This document shows, piece by piece, positions 1-12,533 of a stretch of 52,276 bases of DNA. The first letter of the stretch is position 1. Each line of letters opens with the position of its first letter. Position numbers and translations under genes: made by a program. Source of the DNA: Stylophora pistillata (lineage: Eukaryota); NCBI RefSeq assembly GCF_002571385.2, contig NW_019217897.1, positions 291,987 through 344,262 on the forward strand, read 5' to 3'. A model generated the notes under the pieces. That model was not told where the DNA came from, did no database searches, and saw nothing but the letters and a program-made list of their open reading frames with translations.

Positions 1-11
1 GCCGGTTCAAA

Positions 12-2448
12 ATGTGGAAACAAAGATGCGAATTGCTATTCACCGGGCCTATGGCTAAAATTGACGAGGAAATCAAGTGTAAACATTTGTTGTACTGGTC
101 GGGAGAGCAAGGTATCGAACTGTTCAACAGCTGGGATCGGTCTGCAGACGAGCAAAAAAAGCTGGACAACTACTGGGAAAGATTTGAGCACTTCTTGAAA
201 CCACACTCGAATGAGTTAATAGTAGCGTGGGAGCTTTATAACCTTCGACAAGGTACTCTCTCTCTTGAGGAATTTATTGCGAAACTAAGAATTCTTGTGA
301 AGGAAGCCAATTATCCAGCCGAACACAACGATCGTTTCCTTAGAGATTTTCTTGTACTGGGTATGAAATCTGACCGTATACGTAAGGACTGTTTCAAGGT
401 TGGAAATACTCTCACGTTTAACACAGCTCGCGAGATGGCCAAGTCAGAAGGGTCAGCAGAAAAACAGCTTCAGATAATGAATACCGAGGTACACTCCATC
501 AATGCACCTAAAGGATACCAAGGCCTCAAAAATCAGCGACAAAACACTAGTTCAGGCAAATCCCAGGCTTGCAGGAATTCCGGCTGGGGTCCTCATTCCA
601 GAGATCAGTGCCCAGCGAAAAACGCAACATGCCATTATTGTCATAAAGTAGGACACCTAGTTAAGGTATGCCTGTCAAAGTTAAAAAAGAAAGATGTGCA
701 TGACTTTGAAGCTATAAGTAATGGTGCATGCGAGTCTGTACCAGACCCCAATGATCACATATTTCTGGGCCCAGTTGGTGTAACACCCTTAACCAGGTGC
801 CCGGCAGGAAAACAGACACCCGTCCTATGTAAGATAGACTCTGGTGCAGAAACCAACATCATATCCACATTCTTGTACAATCAACTTGCCCCTAAGGTTA
901 TGAATCTACAGAAACCTACCGCCAAGCTAACAGCATATGGTGGAACTGAAATCCCGAGCTTGGGCTCCTGCCGAGTTTACCGGTTAAGGGCCCTAACAAC
1001 CCATAACGCAAAGTAATCCAGGCAGAAGTTGTAGATGTCGATGGGCCTCCCATCATTGGTAACATATCAGCCCAAAGTCTGAATCTGCTGAAACTTAAAT
1101 GGGCCGTCGCCGTTGAAAGTAACAGCAAATCAACCAGTCAGTCCTTTAAACTATTAGACGCACATGGTAGGCCACATCCCTTCCCACTGACGAAAGAATA
1201 CCTTCTGAAAGAGTATCAAGATGTCTTTACTGGACTTGGCTGTTTCCCTGGCCCCCTATACCATTTAGAAACTAAGTCGGATATTCCCCCAGTACAACAC
1301 CCTCCACGGCAGATTCCAGTCCACCTGCAAAGTGCCTACCGAGGAGAACTACTACGGCTAACACGGGCAGGCATTTTAGTAGAAATACATGATGAGTATA
1401 CACCATGGGTCAATTCAACAGTGGTCATAAGAAAGCCCAACGGCCCGATCCGCTTATGCCTAGACCCTCGTGACCTCAATAAAGCCATTCAGCGCACCAT
1501 AAATGATGTGATACCCAAGGTCAGTGGCGCCTCCCACTTTAGTATCCTCGATGCCCGAAGCGGATTTTGGCAAGTTGAACTGGACGATGAAAGCAGCAAA
1601 CTTTGCACTTTCAGTACTCCATGGGGCAAATACAGATGGAAGAGGCTGCCTTTCAGACTTACCTGCAGCGGAGACGTGTTCCAAGAGAAAATGGACGATG
1701 TGTTTGGAAACCTCGATGGCCTGAGTGGTATAGCAGACGATACCTTTGTTTACGGCAAGAGCGAAGCAGAGCACGATCAGCACATACTGAATGTCCTTGA
1801 CACAGCACGGGAGAACAACATACGATTCAACCCGGATAAGTTTCGGTTTAAANCATAGTCAAGACAACGAGTGGGTCTGAGCTAAGACGCAACAGAGTCC
1901 AGCTAAAGCCTTTACCTTTCCAGAAAACACCAACAACCTGTGGAGAACAAGTTATTAGCAACCAGGAGAGTACACTGCCGGACAGCCATGAGACAAAGCC
2001 CTTACCTCTTCAGACGTCATCATCAGAATTACCTCAGGCGCCTGCCAAGTCACCGTTACCTTCCAACCAAGGCAGTAACAAGTTGCCTAGGACAACCAGG
2101 AGTGGCCGCATTGTAAAGGAGCCATCTAAACTAGACTTATAAGCTTCCTTTTGCTGTCCGAAGGCCGATGAAGAAACGCTCAGAGAAACACATAAACTCT
2201 GTTTTTACTGTTATTTTTGTTGTTTCTGTTTTCTTTTCTCTTTTTTTTTGTTGGCTGTTACTTGTTTTTAGAAACTTAGATTTCCGTTTTTAGCCTTTCT
2301 TAGGGTGGAGATGTTACATTAGCTAAGCTTACGCAATGGTCTGGCGCATGCGCAGAAAAGGACTAAGCACATGTTTTGGACACAAAGTTTATGTTCCTTG
2401 ATCTAAGATAACTAAATAAAATTACCAAAAGCAGCAAATACTTTTACA
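12..2448 (+). mobile_element. Ty3/Gypsy LTR retrotransposon (gag-protease-RT, pol C-terminus, PPT and 3' LTR); 5' part outside the window, middle collapsed at an N
   Basis: Gag with a CCHC knuckle (CHYCHKVGHLVKVC) and aspartic protease KIDSGAETN in ORF 12-1016. Frameshift near 980-1020. RT motifs LCLDPRDLN, LDARSGFWQ, RLPF and GIADD in 1421-1852. After the N at 1853 the typical pol tail RRNRVQLKP...TTRSGRIVKEPSKLDL* ends at 2142. RNase H and the integrase core are not seen. Confidence 0.93.
2312..2448 (+). repeat. 3' LTR (137 bp) of the Gypsy element
   Basis: Purine tract AGGGTGGAGA (2302-2311) directly precedes TGTTAC. The LTR ends TTTTACA at 2448 and contains AATAAA at 2415-2420. Similarity to the paralogous host segment (27256 onward) starts exactly at 2449. 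Confidence 0.8.
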
Positions 2449-2545
2449 GTTGCAGAACCAAAAAACCAGTGATCGTGATATAACCTAAGGGGAGTGGGAG
2501 AGGAGTGGCCAAATAGCTGAGGTGGAGTGCTTTACCCAGAATTAA

Positions 2546-3301
2546 GGGACCAGTCATTTATTAGAAGGGGGTTGGGCTGGTACATTTTGATTTTCCTATA
2601 CATAATTTCCCATGGGCCTGTCCTTGCCATTGCATAACATAATGTGGTCCCCCTTCGAGTCTATACATGAGTTAAGAAGACCTGCCCTCAACCACAGAAA
2701 CGGTTTTAATACAACTTAAATAAAACACACAGAAACTATTTAAAGCAAATGGCAAAAATAAGAGAAAGGCATAGAAGAGAAAAGCTGGACGAGGAAAGAG
2801 TTTTGGTTTAATCTCTAAACTACTGTCTGATGGTGAGATTCCAGTTAAGGAAGTAAATGTGGCTGCTCTAATATCCTTAAAAGGGACACAAGTTTACTGG
2901 CCAAAGCAAAATGATGGAAAGAGAGCTATAAGTGATCAAGCTTGTGCACTAAATAAAGAGTACTTGCCCTCTATCAGTTATTCAAACACTGAATCAGGAC
3001 AGTGATACTGAGTAATACTGAGTAATACATGAAGTTTTTTTCCAATGTGAAAAGACTGCTATACACCATGTTATGTTGGTTTGTTACGCCATCATTTTGA
3101 TAGGAAATCATATTTGACTTGTTGTTGATTCCTTCAGTGTTGTTTCTTTTTTGAGGAATGGATATTGGAATGCACAAAAATACATGGCCCATCAGAAATG
3201 GTCACACAATTTTATGCAGCCCCCATTTTCAGGAGCACAAAAAAAGTATGACCCCACCCCATTTGCACCAGCCCACCCCCCTCTAATAAATGTGCAGTCC
3301 C
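2546..3301. mobile_element. Non-autonomous DNA transposon (PIF/Harbinger-like MITE)
   Basis: TIRs gggaccagtcatttattagaagggggttgggctggt / accagcccaccccctctaataaatgtgcagtccc, flanked by TAA on both sides. The paralogous site near 27360 (agaattgataagct) is empty. Confidence 0.88.
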
Positions 3302-4435
3302 TAATAAGCTCCCTTGTAAACCATTCCTGACTTTCCTTCCTGCCTGTAAGGACTTAAGTTATACATATCAGGTGTCGAATAGCTTAACTGAATATTTTGC
3401 AACATAAAGAACCCACTGAAATGTGGTAAAGGGTTTAGAAATGACACGTGATTAAGACCAAAATTAACATGTAATGCATGAATTGTACAGGAAGGCAAGG
3501 TAAGGCGAGGTTTGAGGTTTTCCCTGTTTAAAGTACTTGTGACTACAAATCGACATATTCACAAACATTGTTATAACCGTCATCAATTACAGCTACTTAT
3601 TTCCCTTTCTCCCCTCTTTTTAAAGGGGTGATCAATATGGATGGTTACCAGCTTCAATTTTATTCTGTAACTTAGCTGTTCTGGCCCTAGGAGTCTGGGC
3701 AGTAGCATCAGCAAGTAATGAAGATGCCTCCCACTTGGTTTGTATACATGACATCTATTTTTTAGTTTAACCTGAGTTAAACTTGACTCAGACTTACAAT
3801 GATTTGAACTTGAAAACATAAGGTTTCAAGACAGAAGAAGCATTGCAACCATGTTGATGTTATTACTTGGGGTGAAACATACATCCTCTAAAAAGGAGAT
3901 AAAATATAAAATTTCTAAAGAAACTGTGGTGCTGCATTTGTAGGAGAGTATAACAAGGTAATTTGGTTTTTATCAGCTAAGTTGATGATGTAAATTAGCC
4001 GCCATAAAGAAACTGTGGCAGTGGCCAATTAACATCACGAATAGTTGATAGCAGAATATATTTTCTATAAAAAAGTAGTGGGAAAGAACAGATAATCTGG
4101 CTTAAGCAAGGTTCCTCCGTACGTACAATAATAGATTACCGCTCTAGAGACCATCTAAAATTCTTTAAAATCATAGAGGTCTTTAATAAAGAGTCACTCA
4201 GCCCAACAAAGAAGATTTACAAAATTGTAGAGTCAAGAAAGTTATCATTAAGTTAAAATTATAGTCACACAGCGCCAGCAGGTTGTCCAGCGGTGTTTGT
4301 TTAGTTTTATGCGCGCGCTCATACGGGTGACGCCTGACTGTTTTCTCTCTATTGTGTATCTTCCACCTTGTTTCGCCGTGTATGAATAAAGCGTATTCGT
4401 TGTGTAGTTCGCGTTACTTACTAGCGCAGGAATGC

Positions 4436-4850
4436 GCAGATCGATTTCAAAGCTTCAAAATCCCCTCCCTCAGGCAACCCCCCTAGGCATTTGAGGTTTT
4501 GAAGATTGGCTGGTTCAAATCCTTGCCCTCCCACCCTGTAAGGTGAAACTGCATTCAAATGCCCCCACCCAATATTTAGTTATTCTCTGTGTATCAACAA
4601 ATTCTGTAGAATTTCACAAAATCAGGTATTCGTTTTTGGAGTTCATGTTGGGTTTTTCACTCGTAAACATCATTCCTGGATGGGAAAACTGTCTTTCTAA
4701 GCCATTCTTTCACATAGGCAGACTTTTTGTCTTTCCTTAAAACCACTTTCAGACACTTTCATTTCAAATGCCTTACAGCCACCAGGGCAAGTTGGGTTGC
4801 CTATGGGTTGCCCGGGGGGAAGGAGGTTGACGTTTCAAATTGATTGGCCA
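4436..4850. mobile_element. Degenerate TIR-type MITE present in both duplicated copies (also ~28330-28730)
   Basis: Imperfect inverted ends gatcgatttcaaagcttcaaaatcccc...ggcaaccc / gggttgcc...ttgacgtttcaaattgatt. Confidence 0.55.
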
Positions 4851-7644
4851 CAACTCATCGCAGTGACTAAGTATTGTTTCTTAACTTATCACTAAACAAA
4901 AGATAAACATAATTTTGCTATCTCTTGTAGTGTCGTTGAGAATGCTTTTTACTATCATTCATGACATCATAACTATAGTCATCTGTTATAACTCCAATAA
5001 CTTGAGTAAGTTGAAACAGAAATGGGAATGAGTTTTGTTGAAACACTTTATGAAGCTCTTAAAAGTCTTCCTTTTATTCATTGTGATTATGCATGTATAT
5101 AAATCCATTGACAGTACTGAAGAAAGTATGACGTTTCTTTTCGGTTCCACCCCAATTAAAGTATTAGAACTCCAATATTGATTAATTTCTCCTCGCAATT
5201 AACATATACATTGCATGTTGCTGGGTTCATGTCTCAGAAAAATTATTTAGATTTTTACTGTTAAGAAATTATTTTTTAATCGGCATATTGCTTGTTACAA
5301 ACAGCTTACCACTGTATTAATCCAGCTGATGCATTTGTTTGTTTAGGTGTTTTACCTTTGGTTTCTAAATTTAAGCTCTCTGTACCGACGGTTACCACCT
5401 TCTATATGTACATTGAATTACATTCTGTTGCATATTGACCCTTGAATTATCTTGAGAACGTGAAGAAGACTGAGTTTTTTTTCATGTGTTCAAACATTAT
5501 TCAATACAACTTATTTGTCTTGTGACCCGAGCGATAACTGACTGAGATGGCAATGTCAGATAATTTCTCATAATAGCCCCACTACCAACAGACTGGAAAA
5601 AAAAATTAAAGAAAACACATACATGCAATTTCACCGACTTAATTACCAATAAATTTATTGATTTTTAGGAAGTACTTTGTTTTCAGCTCTTTTAACTGTT
5701 TGAACTACAGATAACCCTCTTTTAGATGTAAAAGTTTATTGGAATGTATTATATTGCGTCTATTTTTCAACTTTCAGAATCCCACCACAGGTTTTGTGTG
5801 GTGTATCCTTTGTGATTTACAGGCCAACAATTTGAAAAAGGCTTTTTCAGGACACCTGAGTAGTCAAATGGCTAGAATGAGGACGTAATACATAAAGCAA
5901 CATCAAACAAAAATTGTAAAGAATTAAGTAATTTAACTAACATTGTAGTACCTCACAACATGCAAAATACCTTGTACACTATCTCTCCTAGCTTTTCTTA
6001 AATCTAGTCTACTGATAAGAGTCTTCTTTAAAGAGAAAGAGTCCTGCGGTCCAGCTTACTTGTTTGCAAAATGTCTCACATATTGAAATTGAATTTGGAT
6101 ATTTTTTTCTTTGGACATGGAAAGTCAAAGTTGATTTTCTCACTTTGAGAAGACACATTTAATGCAGTACTGTTGAAGTGATCCCAAGTGAAGTTTCATA
6201 ATTATACAATGTTTTTCAGTCTATTCCATGTAGCATCTTTGAACATCCTAGTAGCAATGAAAGTCAAATTGAGCATTGTCATTGTCAATAAATTGTTTAC
6301 ACAGATGGAGCCAGCTTTTGCTTTTTAGAAATTATTCAGGTATAATCTTTATACAATTATACATTTATAGATATCTTCAAAAGCGAATGCGTTTTTTTTT
6401 CAGTTTAGGAATACCGCAAGGTTGCATGAATGTAAGTTTGTTTCTATACAACACTTACAAACATCATTTCCTTGACATCTATTCCATTCCAGAATGGCTA
6501 ATTTAAGTTTGATTTTAAAGGTAAGTTGTTGACTTTAATTCATCCTAGACAAAGGGCCTAAGTTTAGAAAAGGAGTCTTCCATCTTCCTTTGGAGGAGTG
6601 TTTGGGAAATTAAAGCCCTCTAGAAAAAGAAACAACCTCGGCTATTTGATAATCTGTCAGAGCAGACCTCTGAAAGAATTGGTGCTATTCTTAAATAAAA
6701 TGTTCTAATTCTTGTTCAAGAATGTTCTGTTACTCAAAGTGGAAAAGTGGCAAGAATAGTTCATTAGCTCTCAGTTGAAACTTCAGGTCAAATTTGTTCC
6801 TGCCGAACATAAGTCTAAAGATCTCCAATCTGAAAAAAGGGGATGCTTCCATGTAATTTTAACACTGTAGAATCAACCAAACAATCAGAACTACTCTTCG
6901 CAACAAATGGTAAAACGAACTCTATATACCTTTTTCCTTATTTTTGTTTTGAGAAAAAAGTAAGTTAGAAAGGAGTATGGAGATCCCTGCCCGCCAGAAT
7001 GATTCAGAAAAAAAATATCACAGAGACGTGACGTATCTTCTGACAGTTTTATGGGACGTAAAATTTTTCCAAAAGCATACAGCCTTAAACATTGTATGCT
7101 TCTGACATTGAAAATAATTGAAAGTTTCTGGCGAAACGATTTTTTTGACGGCAGGGCCGTCGAGTCAGCCACTTTCAAAGTTGTCAAAAAAGGGGTTCGT
7201 ACAACTAATAGGTTATTGAAGCCCATGTTAGAGACGAAAAAACATTTTGGATTAAGTGACGGCTCCGGTAGTAGATTAAGTATGCATAATCTAAAAATTT
7301 CATCTTGATTTGCAACTCATTACAACTCATGGTAAAGTATTTCAGAATATTGACAACCAAGATCAAAAGTTCAAATCAGAACAGCCTGAATTGGAATATT
7401 TAATTAAAACCCCACTCTGTCTGGCATGCCTTTTACAATGAAAAAATTGGTAGTTATCGCATAACTTTGTCTTCTACCACATACCTTTTTTTCAGAAACT
7501 TTGCAACATCCGTTTAGATGTATATAATTATGAACTTTGAGATTCTGTAAATTAATTTTGCTATATTCAGCTTTCCTTTATTTCAATCGACAGGTGTACC
7601 TTTGGTCAGCGTCATGTGTTTGCAAAATTGAACTGAAAACTAAT

Positions 7645-7760
7645 AAGTATAGGTAATCGCATGGGGCCGAGTTAAATTAAGGATTAATATCACGCGTGTT
7701 TTCGGAAGTTGCTGAAATTTCCCGAGTCGCGCAGCGACGAGGGCAATTTCTGCAACTTCC

Positions 7761-7793
<33 letters not shown>

Positions 7794-8030
7794 GAGGAAC
7801 CATGTGATTGGTTGTTTATAATATAAGGGGCAAAATGTTTTCTTACTGATCTCGCGCAAAATGGGATGCCATTATTACAAAACAATCAGAAATTTCTTTA
7901 CCTTGGCAGCCGTTGCTAAGCGATTTTCAGCCAATCATTTTGAAGTAATTTTGCAATTACAAAAATTAAGAAAAAAAATGCCCTCTGTCTTGACCAATCA
8001 CAATTCAGTAATTTTGCCGCTTATATTATA
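7645..8030. mobile_element. Foldback/palindromic non-autonomous element
   Basis: Hairpin of ~150 bp: aaattaaggattaatatcac...gcgcagcg...gtgatattaatccttaattt. Absent at the paralogous sites (~14545, ~20725). Confidence 0.75.
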
Positions 8031-8999
8031 ACAATAGGAAAAATGAATTGTTTCTCTAATTTTTATTATTTCTAAAAGGGTGTTTGAAGTTTTTGTCATT
8101 TACCCAGGGAAACAGGTAAAATATTTATACACGTGAAACTCTGATATGAAAGCATGTGTTGGCAAAGTCTAAATCAAGTTTTGAAACCTATATCAATTTT
8201 TAACTCCTACCTTAGTACAGAATCGAAATCGAAAGAGTGAACGGGAAGGATGTTTTTGAATGTCACACGCCTTAAGTTATCACGGAGAGACTTCAGACAA
8301 GAAGATGGATCGCACTTAGGAAACAAAAAGACTACATCATTCCTGGTGCTATATTTGTAGTCGGTCTCATCAGGACCGAAAGAGTTCAGATATAGCACGA
8401 TTGCATGCTCTCTGTTCAAAACATAACAATGCTGGAAACACTTGATGAAAGAAACATTTAAGATATTTCCATTTATTTCATCAATGTCATCTTCTCTTAA
8501 AATTAGAATTGGAAAAAAAACCTAGTGTACCAATGGTGTCCTGTAAAGACAGCGTAAGCAGCATCAGCTTTTTGGGGCTGTCATTTAGAATAGTTGAAAA
8601 CGGATTATTACCTTGCACGTCTATGACAGACGCGCTGTTTTAAAAGTTTCGAAAACAAGTTTTAAAAGAGTTTGCCGAAGTGTTTGTACTCGTCCCCTTG
8701 GTACTGATGATAAATTATGAAATATTCATTGCTCGTAGCACTAAGTTAACCAATTACTTGGCAAGGCGAAAAAAATAACGTAGCTTTTCTTTGCTTGGAT
8801 GGTTCATTGGGGGAATCGTTTTCATGACCGCATGAGAAACATTCACAGGAATAGTTTTCTGTGTGTGATGATGAGATGAGGCGTCGATCATAAACTTAAA
8901 GTAAAAATATAAATAAATAAAAGGGATTTTTTAGGGGCCCACGAGTTTCTCATAGAGATCAATTGCACCAATTTATTGTGTCTTGCATCAGAGGCATTC

Positions 9000-9540
9000 C
9001 TAAAGATGTCAGGTTTTGATTTATGAATCATGGTTCCTTTTGATAGCTACTCTGATCATTTTGCTAAGGTGCAGAATATGAGCAGCCCCACACGTACTCG
9101 CCGGCGTATTTGCAGTTTTAGGTCAAAGTTTTGTGGGCATGGTATACCTTACAATGGCCTTCTATTTGACAACCCAAACAGATACTACTTGAATGGCGTG
9201 ATATGTTGGCTGAGGGAATATATGCCTCACCAATACAAAAATTATTGTATGGGAGACGGACACGCATTGTCGCTAAGACCCTGTTAGAGTCGCTTGTAAT
9301 TATTAGTGTGTCAGATAAGATTAAGAGGAGAAAGCAAAGGCAGAAGCACTGCTTTGACCGGCACACTCAGGAAATTCCAAAAGTGAACACCCACCAGACA
9401 CTGCCTTTAGCTGACAGAGTCTGGTCAGAAGAATAACCCAAACCTAACTGAGTCTTCGCTACCTACGGTTACACCCACAACAGACCAGTAGTAAGCCTAG
9501 TAATCCCATGCGCGAATGCCGTCTGCCTTTGTAATCACAA
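9000..9540 (+). mobile_element. Highly degraded Gypsy-type integrase/3' remnant (second copy ~18540-19230)
   Basis: Translated fragments SP..KLLYGRRTR and KQRQKHCFDRHT resemble the C-terminal integrase region of Gypsy pol; many disruptions. Confidence 0.5.
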
Positions 9541-10164
9541 GATTCCGAGTACTGATTTTTGAAACAGACTTTGCTTTTAATCTATATGCACTGTAGCAGT
9601 TTGCTTTATAAAAGGATTTACTTCAAAAACCGGACAACTACAACGGAACTATTTTACAAACTGCTCTCTTGAATTACTTTCAGTTATCACTGAAATCGAA
9701 TATATGAAATCATTTATGTGCATTGCGGTTTCATGAAATGTATGAAAGCGATCCTCGCAGCAATCAACCCTACATATGTAGTCGAGAAAATAAGGCCTGA
9801 CAAAAAGATTAAGGCCCGTACAGAATTTGAACCAATGATAGGAATCAACAAAATTACCAGCTCCCAGTTGGCTTGTCAAATTAGTTGGTAGTCATACACA
9901 AAGTAACATCGCACTGTTCCCGCCTTGGCAGTTAAGCGAGAGATAAAGACCAGCTGTGGCAACGGTATAATTAAAAGGAGTGACGAACCTTTCTCTCTAT
10001 GGTTTCTCCTGTATGTTATGGATAGTATAAAATTCTATATACCTAGGGTATATGAAACATCTACTAAAAAAAGTCAAATGTCCATTTTACATTTCTCACT
10101 CGGAAAAGGGACTGTCATAATAAAAATGTGCAAGCAATTTTATAAAAAGTGTTGCACCCTATGT

Positions 10165-12533
10165 CTCCTTTATTCCCCTTTGTTCCTAAGGGGACATAGG
10201 TCCTCAACTAGAGCGCGCCACCTAACCCTATTTTGTGCAGTACCCTTTGCCTCATTCCACGTGGGATATTTCCTCTCTAACTCTGCAACTCTCGTAAGTC
10301 GCCAGGTGTTCCGGGGTCTCAATCTCTTTCGTTTCCCCTGCAGGTTCTATTCCAGTGCCTCTTGACTACATGTCCATCTGATGTCAACGTGTGGCCGATC
10401 AAGCCCCAAGCTCTTTGTCTTATCTCTTGCTCTATTGGACGCTGCCATGTTTGTCTCTAGAGCTCCTTATTGCTGATTTTTCGAGGCCACCAAATCCCAA
10501 GGATGTTCCTCAAGCTCTTATTGATGAACACTTGCAACTTCTGCTCCAAACTCTTGGTCAGCCTCCAAGTTTCAGAACCATACAAGAGCATCGCTTTCCC
10601 ATTTGACCCAAAAACTCTCAGCTTGATCATCGTTGTTAGTGCTGTGGATCGCCATATTGGTCTCAGCATCGCAAGTGCCTGTCTCGCCTTTCTAATTCGT
10701 GCCTCGTGTCCTCGTCAGTGTCTCCCGTCTTACTTACAATGCTCCCGAGGTATGTAAACTCACCCACTTCCTCAATCTGCCCCCTGCAATCGACACACCA
10801 TCGCCACGTTTGGTACCAATACGCATTAACTTTGTCCTGATGGCATTGATCTTCAGGCCTACCTTCGCACCTTGTATCTCTAAGGCTCGTGTCTTCTGCC
10901 TCATATCCTGTATTCTGTGCGACAGTAAGGTCAGATCATCGGCAAAGTCAAGGTCATCTGTGCATGTGATAAAGGTCCACTGAATACCTCTCATCCTGTC
11001 GAAGGCTTTCCTCGTCACCAAATCCAGGCCGACTAGAAACAGCAGGGGAGATATCAGGCAGCCTTTTCTCACCCCGTCCTCGTATTCAGTGATTGGATCC
11101 TCTGTCCATTGTGTACCACCTGTGCGGAAAAACCTTCATAGAGAGCTCTGATGATGGTGACCACCTTGGCAGGCATTCCGTTGTGCCGCAACAACCTCCA
11201 CAAAACCTCTCTGCTGATACTATTGAAGGCCTTTTCGAAATCCATAATTTTGATATACAAGGAGGACTGCCACTTAACCTTGTTCGATCAGCCTCCATTC
11301 GTCATCCACTAGCATCTCCTCCTTCCCCATCAACTGCTGTAGACCCTCAGATCTGTTGTGCAGCGCTAGCTTAAATGCGTTCCCAACCTCCAAGTCTTTC
11401 AGCTTGCTGACCTCAAAACGCACCCGGCCACTTTCCGCTTTCCTCACTTTGGAAATCTTTAGCCTGACTTTTGCCATCAACAAATGGTGGTCTGACCCAA
11501 CGTCTTCCCCACGCAGCACGTGAACGTCCTGCAGTGAACTCCTCCATCTCCTGCTAAATGCCAGCTGGTCGATCTGATTCACAATAACACCATCAGGAGA
11601 TCTCCATGTCCGCTTGTGACAATCCTTATGGGGGAACAGCGTTCCACCGATTACCAGCTCGTTTGCCTGACAGAAGTTCGCCCACCTCTCACCATTTTCA
11701 TTCATCACGGCTCTTGCCCCATGGTTACCCATCACCTCTTCTCTGCCTGTGTTGTCCATCCCCACCTTAGCATTCATATCTCCCCTGACAATCTTTCCAT
11801 CTCTACACGGCACCTCCTCCAAAACCATCCGTAAATATCGTCCTTCGCCTCCTCTTTTGCCTCATTTGTTGGGGAATAACATTGCAAGATGGTGACCTGT
11901 CGCCACCTCGAGTTGAACCTGGCTCTGATTATCCTCTCAGGTACCGGTTCCCTTTCCAGCAGGCATTGTGCAGCTTCTTTAGACAGAATGAAGCAAACTC
12001 CTCTTTCATGATTTTCACCTTCATCCATTCCTGAGTACAGCACAGTTTCTCCTCCAGCTATCCTCAACCTCCCACAAGTGTTCCATCTCATTCCACTCAC
12101 TCCCAGAATACTAATACCATATCTCTGCATCTCTTTGAGCATCTGAGCACACTTACCGGCCTCTAAAAGTGTCCTTCTATTCCATTTCCCGATCTTCACA
12201 CACGCTCGTGGCGACAGCAATTTCATCAACGATTTATGCGTCATTCTTTGCTTCGCACGGTGCTCCAACCGGGTGTTAGCATCTTGTACCCCTGCTTCCC
12301 GATAGGGCGCAGTGATAATTCTAGTTTCGGTTTCTGTAATGTTTCTTTTTCCGGGAGCGGATTATTGGCCCGCCGCCCAAACCCAACCTAGAGGACCAGG
12401 GGCTCTTCTTCGTCTGGTCTCTACCCTTCGACCAATCCGGTATGGTTCGACCTGCCAGGGATCACAGTCCCCGCCGGCACAGCTCTCTAGGTCCTTGAGA
12501 CACAAAAGCTCCACCACCACGACAAGGTGTCAG
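10165..12533 (-). mobile_element. RTE-clade non-LTR retrotransposon, internally deleted and frameshifted
   Basis: APE endonuclease motifs (GKWNRRTL, QCYSPT, GDMNAKVG, NQID, GSDHHL), RT motifs (DFEKAF, GCLISPLLF, DLDFADD) and C-terminal LLYGSETW. The paralogous copy at ~19845 (ctatgtaccaagg) lacks the insertion. Confidence 0.93.

Larger units (their letters stand above)
2449..6853 (+). repeat. Segmental duplication, copy A' (paralogous to 27256-31022)
   Basis: Colinear similarity along the whole length, e.g. ctgtaacttagctgttctggccctaggagtctgggc, gataatctgtcagagcagacctctgaaa and atctccaatctgaaaaaa occur in both copies. Confidence 0.95.

Noticed and set aside
2160-2195. ccgatgaagaaacgctcagagaaac as a hammerhead in the Gypsy 3' UTR
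   Set aside because: The core box is imperfect and no stem II pairing is visible.
3583-3819. Similar short ORFs in both A copies (LMLLPRLLGPEQLSYRI; also 27463-27771)
   Set aside because: The similarity is explained by DNA-level duplication; starts, stops and frames are not conserved and there is no recognisable domain.
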